Shown piece by piece: positions 41,959 to 48,271 of a stretch of 64,000 bases of DNA. Origin of the DNA: Acidobacteriota bacterium (GTDB lineage: Bacteria; Acidobacteriota; Vicinamibacteria; Vicinamibacterales; 2-12-FULL-66-21); contig JBKOZS010000054.1 of assembly GCA_046726015.1 (NCBI GenBank), forward strand, positions 460 to 64,459, read 5' to 3'. Below the pieces are notes generated by a model. That model made no database searches, was not told the origin of the DNA, and was given only the letters and a program-made list of their open reading frames with translations. How positions within the stretch are numbered: position 1 is the first letter of the stretch; each line of letters starts with the position of its first letter. The position numbers and the translations under genes are program-made.

Positions 41959-42999
41959 GTGCGGACCGTGAGGCTGGTGGCCGCCACAGCAGTTTGTGCA
42001 AGCCTTGCTCCAGTTGTGTCGGCACACATCAAGCCGGCGGACGTCACGTATTTGAAAGATGTCGCGCCGATTCTCTCGAAGCGGTGCGCAGGCTGCCACG
42101 CGTCCGGGGGTTCGGCACCCGTCCTGGACTCGTACGAGCACGCGCGTGCCTGGGCGCGCGGGATCAAGGAGGAAGTGCTGCAGCAGCGCATGCCGCCCTG
42201 GTCGGCGGCGTCCGGGCTCGGAGACTTCAGCAACGATCCGCGGCCGACGCCCACCGAAATCGACATCCTCGTGGCGTGGGCAGACGGTGGAACGCCGCAA
42301 GGATCTATCGAGTCGACGACGACAACGGGCGATGGGGCCGAAAGTACTTCAGCCGTTGTGGTGTCATTGCCGCGAGCGCATCCATCGCGCGTCGCGATTG
42401 AACGACTGCGTATACCGCTCGATGATCCAACCAGGGCAATGTGGGTCGCGGGATGGGAATACCGTCCTGGGGATTCGCGCGCGATCGAACAGGCTGTGTT
42501 CTTTGCTGATGATGTGCGAATTGGATCGTGGGTGGCGCCGGACTCGAAGGTCACCTTTCCCAAAGGAGTCGCGATCGCCGTCAGGAACGGAGCGACGATC
42601 ACCGCCGAACTGCACTATCGCAAGTCGAGCGACGTGGAGATCGAGGCGGGCGCGTTGCTGCTGTATCCAGGAGATGCGGGAGTCGAGCCGCGTCATCGCG
42701 CGTTCGCGTGCGGCACCACGGTCCTGCGGCAGGACATGAGGGCGTTGACGGTGACGCCGTCAGCGGCCGAAGCGGGCGCGTTCGTGGAAGTGATCGCGCG
42801 GCGCCCGGACAACAGCGTCGAGCCGCTGGTGGCGCTGGCGCGTTACCTGCCGGCGTATCCCGCGACGTACCGCTTCCGCACGCCAATCGCGCTGCCTCGC
42901 GGAACGATCATCGACGTCCGGTCGTCCGCGCGGGAGTGCGCCGCCCGAATCGATCTCATCGCGTCGCGCCGGGGTCGCGCCGTTTCGCTTCAACCGTAA
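41959..42999 (+). CDS. secreted CxxCH-motif (cytochrome c-like) protein with beta-rich C-terminal domain; function unknown
   Basis: GTG 41959 gives (M)RTVRLVAATAVCASLAPVVSAH (signal peptide). DVAPILSKRCAGCH (CAGCH at 42085-42099) ...QQRMPPW...EIDILVAWADGG resembles the N-terminal module of proteins often annotated as cytochrome c or copper monooxygenase-like. The track ORF from 41524 is an antisense extension over the giant gene. Confidence 0.65.
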   Translation: MRTVRLVAATAVCASLAPVVSAHIKPADVTYLKDVAPILSKRCAGCHASGGSAPVLDSYEHARAWARGIKEEVLQQRMPPWSAASGLGDFSNDPRPTPTEIDILVAWADGGTPQGSIESTTTTGDGAESTSAVVVSLPRAHPSRVAIERLRIPLDDPTRAMWVAGWEYRPGDSRAIEQAVFFADDVRIGSWVAPDSKVTFPKGVAIAVRNGATITAELHYRKSSDVEIEAGALLLYPGDAGVEPRHRAFACGTTVLRQDMRALTVTPSAAEAGAFVEVIARRPDNSVEPLVALARYLPAYPATYRFRTPIALPRGTIIDVRSSARECAARIDLIASRRGRAVSLQP

Positions 43000-43897
43000 A
43001 CGGTGCCGTCAGCACCTGGCCGCGACGCTGGAACTGCACCCAGGCCCGATACGGGCCGGCGCGCGGGAAGAGCACCTGGAACACGATACGCGGTCCCGCC
43101 TCCGTCGTGAGCCCGGCAACCGGATGACTGTGCGTCACCGACTCGAGATCGCCGCTCGCGAGCAGCAGGTGTGCGGGGGCGCCGAGAAACGGCTCGAGAT
43201 CCTCGATCGGCTGGCCGCCCTTTTCGTCGACGAGCTCGAACGTCATCAGCTGTTCGCGTCCGGCAACCGGCTCAGGAACGATGGTCTGCACGCGGACCCC
43301 GCCGACGATCTTGTCGGCAACATCGACTGCCTGCGCCGCACTCGGCAGCACGCGTCCGCGGAACCCAGACGTCACGATCGACTTCTGCAGCAGTTGCGGC
43401 GCGCCGCCGGCAGGAACGACGTCCGCGATCAGACGATACGCGCCCGCGGTGGGCAGTCGCACGGACTGCTCGAAGCTGCCGTCCTGCGTGCGCGCGGGAT
43501 GCAGGTGCGCGAAGAACTCGAGATCGTGGCTGAGGACGAACAGGTGCAGCAGACGCTCGTGCGTCTCCTGGAATTCCTGAACGGTCGCACCGGTCTGCGG
43601 GTTGCGCACGAATAAACGAATCAGCGCGTCGCGTCCCGCAACCGGCGCGCTCGGTATGACCTGGATATCAAGGTGATACGCGTCGGATGCAGTCGAGGGC
43701 GCCGGCACGAGCGCCATGCCGCATCGCGGGCACCTGTCCCCTTTCGAGCCACGCACGTCGGCGTGCATCGGGCACCAGTAGTCAGCCGGCGAGGCCTGGG
43801 TCTGTCGAGTGGCCTCGACATCGCGCGGCACGATAGCGGTCGCGGCCGCGCCGAACCCGAACGAACACACGACGGCCAGGACTCCCAGGGAACGCAT
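42956..43897 (-). CDS. periplasmic heavy-metal-binding-domain (HMBD) protein with two beta-sandwich repeats
   Basis: 313 aa. Signal peptide, then YWCPMHADVRGSKGDRCPRCGMAL (HMBD motif). Two repeats contain HLFVLSHDLEFFAHLHP and HLLLASGDLESVTHSHP. The 3' end overlaps the convergent CxxCH gene by 44 nt. Confidence 0.8.
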   Translation of the reverse strand: MRSLGVLAVVCSFGFGAAATAIVPRDVEATRQTQASPADYWCPMHADVRGSKGDRCPRCGMALVPAPSTASDAYHLDIQVIPSAPVAGRDALIRLFVRNPQTGATVQEFQETHERLLHLFVLSHDLEFFAHLHPARTQDGSFEQSVRLPTAGAYRLIADVVPAGGAPQLLQKSIVTSGFRGRVLPSAAQAVDVADKIVGGVRVQTIVPEPVAGREQLMTFELVDEKGGQPIEDLEPFLGAPAHLLLASGDLESVTHSHPVAGLTTEAGPRIVFQVLFPRAGPYRAWVQFQRRGQVLTAPFTVEAKRRDPGATR

Positions 43898-43927
43898 GCA
43901 CGGCAGGGTACCACGACACGCAACGAT

Positions 43928-43953
43928 GGGCTCGAGGCTCAGGGCTCAGAGCC
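43928..43953. repeat. GGCTCRG heptamer units (GGGCTCGAGGCTCAGGGCTCAGAGCC)
   Basis: Read directly. Same unit family as 19129-19245 and 59679-59723. Confidence 0.7.
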
Positions 43954-44040
43954 GGGACACTCACACTTAATCCCACAAACGGGACGAAGCGTGACTGTCC
44001 CCCTTTCGGATCCCCCGCATCCGCACCGTCCGTGACCAGA

Positions 44041-44077
44041 GAGACTCGGGATTCGGGACTCAGGACTCCTCGGGACC
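44041..44077. repeat. GAYTCRG heptamer units (GAGACTCGG GATTCGG GACTCAG GACTCCT CGGGACC)
   Basis: Read directly in the HMBD/ilvE divergent spacer. Confidence 0.7.
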
Positions 44078-44189
44078 ACCCCACGCTTGGCACTGTGCGG
44101 AAACGCCGGGGGTGGTTAAGATGGAGAAGGCTCGAACTATGCGACCGAGCCCGCGTGTGGGGCGAAGCCCCAGTGATAAGGAGCGTTAG

Positions 44190-45170
44190 ATGGCGTTTCC
44201 CGGCACCGGCAAAATCTGGATGAACGGCTCGCTCGTGGACTGGGCCGACGCAAAGATCCATATCGCCTCGCACGTGGTGCACTACGGCAGCGGCGTGTTC
44301 GAAGGGGCGCGGTGCTACGAGACGCCGCGCGGCACGGCGTGCTTCCGCCTCGATGCGCACCTGCGGCGGCTGTTCGACTCGGCCAAGATCTATCGGATGG
44401 AACCTACGCTCACCTATGCGGAACTGCACGACGCGGTCCTGACCACGATCCGGGCAAACGACTTCAAAGCGTGCTATCTGCGTCCCCTCGTGTATCGCGG
44501 CTACCACACGCTCGGCGTGAACCCGTTCCCCTGCCCTGTCGACACGGCGATTCTCGCGTGGGAATGGGGGGCGTATCTCGGCCAGGACGCGCTCACGAAC
44601 GGCGTCGACGTCTGCGTGAGCTCGTGGGCGCGCGCCGCTCCCAACACCTTCCCGACACTGGCGAAGACAACGGCCAACTACGCCAACTCGCAGTTGATCA
44701 AGATGGAGGCGATCGCCGAGGGCTACAGCGAGGGCATCGCGCTCGACAGCGGCGGCTATCTCAGCGAAGGCAGCGGCCAGAATCTGTTCATCGTGCGCGA
44801 CAACACGCTGTACACGCCGCCGCTCACGGCGTCGATCCTTCCGGGTATCACGCGGAATTCCGTCATCACGCTCGCGAAGGACCTCGGGTTCCGCGTGCGT
44901 GAAGAAATGCTGCCGCGCGAACTGCTCTACATCGCTGACGAGGCATTCTTCGTCGGAACCGCCGTCGAAATCACGCCGATTCGCTCGGTCGACAAGATTA
45001 CGGTTGGGAACGGCCGCCGCGGCCCGATGACCGAATCGATCCAGCAGGCCTTCTTCGACGTGATCAACGGCGAGGTCGCCGACCGGCATGGATGGCTGGA
45101 GTACGTCTACCCTGGCGAGCCCCGCCAGGCCGCCACGCCGGTCGCCAGGACAACGGCTGCCGAGAAATAG
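44190..45170 (+). CDS. ilvE: branched-chain amino acid aminotransferase (class IV)
   Basis: 326 aa. Has ..HYGSGVFEGARCY.., the ..GYSEGIALD.. and LYTPP...ILPGITR blocks. AAGGAG lies 6 nt upstream of the ATG. Confidence 0.95.
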   Translation: MAFPGTGKIWMNGSLVDWADAKIHIASHVVHYGSGVFEGARCYETPRGTACFRLDAHLRRLFDSAKIYRMEPTLTYAELHDAVLTTIRANDFKACYLRPLVYRGYHTLGVNPFPCPVDTAILAWEWGAYLGQDALTNGVDVCVSSWARAAPNTFPTLAKTTANYANSQLIKMEAIAEGYSEGIALDSGGYLSEGSGQNLFIVRDNTLYTPPLTASILPGITRNSVITLAKDLGFRVREEMLPRELLYIADEAFFVGTAVEITPIRSVDKITVGNGRRGPMTESIQQAFFDVINGEVADRHGWLEYVYPGEPRQAATPVARTTAAEK

Positions 45171-45213
45171 CCCTCACCTGCTACACTAGGGCACCCCAGC
45201 CCACGGCCCCACA

Positions 45214-45248
45214 GGACACGGCAACGCGGGAGACCGCGTTCCGTGTGT
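45214..45248 (+). terminator. GC-rich hairpin downstream of ilvE (candidate terminator or attenuator)
   Basis: GGACACGGCAACGCGG-gaga-CCGCGTTCCGTGTGTC, a stem of about 13 bp with one bulge. It is followed by TCTTCGGTATT, which is only a weak U-tract. Confidence 0.45.
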
Positions 45249-45265
45249 CTTCGGTATTGACATTT

Positions 45266-46429
45266 ATGCACATCAACGATCTCTTGAAGACCGCTGTGGC
45301 CAGTGGCGCGTCGGACCTCCATCTCAAGGTCGGCAGCTACCCGATGATGCGCGTGAACGGCACGCTCGTGGTGGCGTCCGAGGAAAAGCGCCTGGATCGC
45401 CCCGATACCGAGGCGATGGCGCAGGGCATTTTCACTCCGGAACACCTCGAGAAGTTCCGCCGCAACCAGGACGTCGACCTGGCCTATAGCGTCGCCGGGC
45501 TGGGCCGCTTCCGCTGCAACGTCTTCCAGCAGCGCGGCACCGTCGGCCTCGTCCTGCGCGTGATCCCCACACGCATCAAGTCAGTCGACGAACTCGGCCT
45601 GCCCCCCGTGCTCAAGAAGATCGCGCAGGAGGAACGCGGCCTGGTGCTCGTCACCGGAACGACGGGCAGCGGCAAGTCGACGACACTGGCGGCGCTCATC
45701 GATTACATCAACTCGACGCGGTCCGCGCACATCATGACCGTCGAAGATCCCATCGAGTACCTGCATCGCGACCACATGTCGCTCGTCAACCAGCGCGAGA
45801 TCTCGGTGGACGCGCAGTCGTTCGCCCACGCGCTCCGCGCCGCGCTGCGGCAGGACCCCGATGTCATCCTGGTCGGCGAAATGCGCGACTTCGAGACAAT
45901 CGAAACGGCGTTGCACGCGGCCGAGACCGGACATCTCGTGCTCTCGACGCTGCACACGCTCGATGCCACTGAAACGATCAACCGCATCATTGCGGTGTTC
46001 CCGCCGCACCAGCAGCGGCAGGTCCGCATCCAGCTGGCGAGCGTGTTGAAGGCCGTCATCTCGCAGCGCCTCATGCCGCGCGCCGACGCCCTCGGCCGCG
46101 CCGCGGCGGTGGAAGTGATGGTCACCACCGCCTTCATCAGAGACTGCATCGTCGACAAGGACAGGACGTCGCAGATCTACGGCGCGATCACCGCGGGTGG
46201 ATCGCAATACGGCATGCAGACGTTCGATCAATCGATCTTCGGCCTGTATCAGGCGGGCTACGTCACGCTCGAAGAGGCGCTGCGCTGGGCGTCGAACGTG
46301 GACGATTTCAAGCTGAAGGTCCAGGGCATCTCGTCGTCGACAGAGATGCGCCAGGCACAGGCGGCGGCTGCCGCGCAGGCCGCCCGGAGCGGCGGAGGCA
46401 TGCCGGAGATTACGCGCTTCGGCGGTTAG
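45266..46429 (+). CDS. pilT: type IV pilus twitching-motility ATPase PilT
   Basis: MHINDLLKTAVASGASDLHLKVGSYPMMRVNG.., Walker A GTTGSGKST and the PilT-type ..AHALRAALRQDPDVILVGEMRD.. block. The track ORF from 45092 is an upstream extension overlapping ilvE. Confidence 0.9.
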   Translation: MHINDLLKTAVASGASDLHLKVGSYPMMRVNGTLVVASEEKRLDRPDTEAMAQGIFTPEHLEKFRRNQDVDLAYSVAGLGRFRCNVFQQRGTVGLVLRVIPTRIKSVDELGLPPVLKKIAQEERGLVLVTGTTGSGKSTTLAALIDYINSTRSAHIMTVEDPIEYLHRDHMSLVNQREISVDAQSFAHALRAALRQDPDVILVGEMRDFETIETALHAAETGHLVLSTLHTLDATETINRIIAVFPPHQQRQVRIQLASVLKAVISQRLMPRADALGRAAAVEVMVTTAFIRDCIVDKDRTSQIYGAITAGGSQYGMQTFDQSIFGLYQAGYVTLEEALRWASNVDDFKLKVQGISSSTEMRQAQAAAAAQAARSGGGMPEITRFGG

Positions 46430-46716
46430 TCTTCCTCCTTGCAAACTGATATTCAGCTCGAGAGTACGTAAGTACCGGGCGTTCGGCCTAGCCGTTGAGG
46501 AACGAGCATTGCTGCGATCGATGCCCGACCAGTCGTCGCTGCGGATTCAGTGCGCTTGAGGCGTACTGAATGACGACGACCGGGCGCAGGAGTTACTCGC
46601 TCCCACCCGGCAGCATCCACAACACCATGGGTTTCGCGAGCGTGCCGGCATGCGCGCGTACTCATGCGTATCGACGTGTCGCATCTTTTTGGATCGACAC
46701 TCTGGAGCCTCAACCT

Positions 46717-47724
46717 ATGCGTATTCTCACGCGCATGGCGGCTGCATTCAGCCTTGCCATGGCCCTCGGGTTCTTGTCTAAGCCTGTTACACCACTGGTT
46801 GCGCCAGTCCAAGCGGCCACGTCCGCTGGATGCGAAGGCGGTGGATTCTCAATCGTGTTGCCTGGAGGGACGACGCTCGCCGGCGACGTCGATACGAGCG
46901 TCCCGGCGTCGAGCCTCGGTTCGAGCTTCCTCGTCAGAGGCAAGTACGTCGAGTTCAATGTCGTCTCGGCAACGTTTGGCATCACCAACTACACGTTCAC
47001 CGGCGCCCCAAATCCGCTGGACATGACCGGTGGTGTGCGCACGCCCGTATTTGCGCGCAAGACGCCAGACCATCGCGGTCTGTCGTTGACGAATGCGATG
47101 ACCGCGGAATTGAAGGACGGAGATGTCGTGATCGAGAGAAGCGGACCCGGATTGGACATGAAGATCCAGGCCAAGGATTGTGCGAACGGCGGCCTCTTCC
47201 AGATGGAACCCCAGCGCGCTGATGGAACCCAGACTGACATCACGCACGTGCTCGCGACAGCAACTGGGGCCGAGGGCGCCAACCTGACGGTGTTCTATTT
47301 CGACAATCCGAACTTCCGCGCACGCGAAGGCGACGTGGTCCCCTTCAAGGACACGACGATCGTAGTACCGTCACGGATCAACTTCGCGAACGACTTCTCG
47401 CCGAAGTTCGTGGGTCGGGACAGTCCGCAAGTTGCGACGCGCATCGCGCAAGGCTGCCCGAACCAGATTCAAAAGCGCGACGGCACGTTCGTGACCGTCG
47501 ATCATTGCGGCGGCGTGTCCGTGTGGCGTGTCGCCAGCGGCGGCCGGATGGGCGCAGTGTTTGGTGAAGATGCGACCGAGGTTTCCCCACCCGCGACGGT
47601 GTGCACGCAGAACTGCCAGGCGCAAAACCGCGTCAGAGGGCAGGCCGTCGTCCTTGGATTTCCGTTCCCCGTGCAAGATAACGTTCGTCTGAAGCCACGT
47701 TTCCCCGCCGGCTTCCAGCCGTAA
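46717..47724 (+). CDS. secreted hypothetical protein (no family recognised)
   Basis: ATG 46717 is preceded by GGAG. Signal peptide MRILTRMAAAFSLAMALGFLSKPVTPLVAPVQA. 7 Cys in the mature part. The coding-like GC3-rich frame is continuous to 47724. Confidence 0.7.
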   Translation: MRILTRMAAAFSLAMALGFLSKPVTPLVAPVQAATSAGCEGGGFSIVLPGGTTLAGDVDTSVPASSLGSSFLVRGKYVEFNVVSATFGITNYTFTGAPNPLDMTGGVRTPVFARKTPDHRGLSLTNAMTAELKDGDVVIERSGPGLDMKIQAKDCANGGLFQMEPQRADGTQTDITHVLATATGAEGANLTVFYFDNPNFRAREGDVVPFKDTTIVVPSRINFANDFSPKFVGRDSPQVATRIAQGCPNQIQKRDGTFVTVDHCGGVSVWRVASGGRMGAVFGEDATEVSPPATVCTQNCQAQNRVRGQAVVLGFPFPVQDNVRLKPRFPAGFQP

Positions 47725-47787
47725 CAGGCCGAACGGAGGTTGCGCGCATTTCCGGTTGCGCGCACCTTGCGAGGCGGCCTGTAAAAT
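47724..47787 (+). promoter_or_regulatory. recX upstream element: 8-bp inverted repeat ACAGGCCG/CGGCCTGT enclosing two direct GGTTGCGCGCA repeats, abutting a TAAAAT -10-like box
   Basis: ACAGGCCG 47724-47731. GGTTGCGCGCA at 47738-47748 and 47754-47764. CGGCCTGT 47775-47782. TAAAAT 47782-47787, 9 nt before the recX ATG. Confidence 0.45.
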
Positions 47788-47796
47788 AGCCCTTGA

Positions 47797-48267
47797 ATGG
47801 AATCCGCCTATAGCGATGGCCTGCGAATGCTGGCCCGGCGTGAGCTGTCTGCCGCGCAGGTCAGGGCGCGGCTGCTCGAACGTGAGCACGCCGCGGAGGA
47901 GGTCGAGGCCGCGATCGAGCAATTGCAGGAGAGCGGCGCGATCGACGACGCGCGGGTGGCGCGCGCCTATGTTGAAACGGCGCTGAAGGTCAAAAACCGG
48001 GGACGCCTGCGCATCCAGCGCGAGCTGAACGAAATGGGAATTCCCCGCGAGGTCGCGGCCGCGGCCCTCGCCGATGCGTTCGGGGAGGTCGACGAGCGCG
48101 GCCTGATCGCCAAGGCGATCACGAAAAAACTGCACGGCCGAAAAAAGATCGACACGCCCGCCGAATACGCGCGAGTCTACCAGTTCCTCATGCGCCAGGG
48201 CTTCTCGCCCGCCGCCGTCAGCGCCGCGCTGCGCGCCTACCGCAAGGGAGCCGATCCGCTAGAATAA
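47797..48267 (+). CDS. recX: RecA regulator RecX
   Basis: 156 aa. Repeated helical RecX-type modules (..LLERGYLDD-like: LQESGAIDDARVARAYVE). Position directly upstream of alaS, as in many bacteria. Confidence 0.8.
   Translation: MESAYSDGLRMLARRELSAAQVRARLLEREHAAEEVEAAIEQLQESGAIDDARVARAYVETALKVKNRGRLRIQRELNEMGIPREVAAAALADAFGEVDERGLIAKAITKKLHGRKKIDTPAEYARVYQFLMRQGFSPAAVSAALRAYRKGADPLE
48260..48265 (+). promoter_or_regulatory. candidate -10 box TAGAAT, 6 nt upstream of the alaS ATG (inside the recX 3' end)
   Basis: gcTAGAATaactggATG. No Shine-Dalgarno sequence. Confidence 0.35.
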
Positions 48268-48271
48268 CTGG

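Noticed and set aside
47738-47764. The GGTTGCGCGCA direct repeat as a canonical LexA (SOS) box upstream of recX.
   Set aside because: The spacing and sequence do not fit CTGT-N8-ACAG, GAAC-N4-GTTC or the GTTC-N7-GTTC direct repeat reported for Acidobacterium. It is kept only as an unexplained candidate operator.
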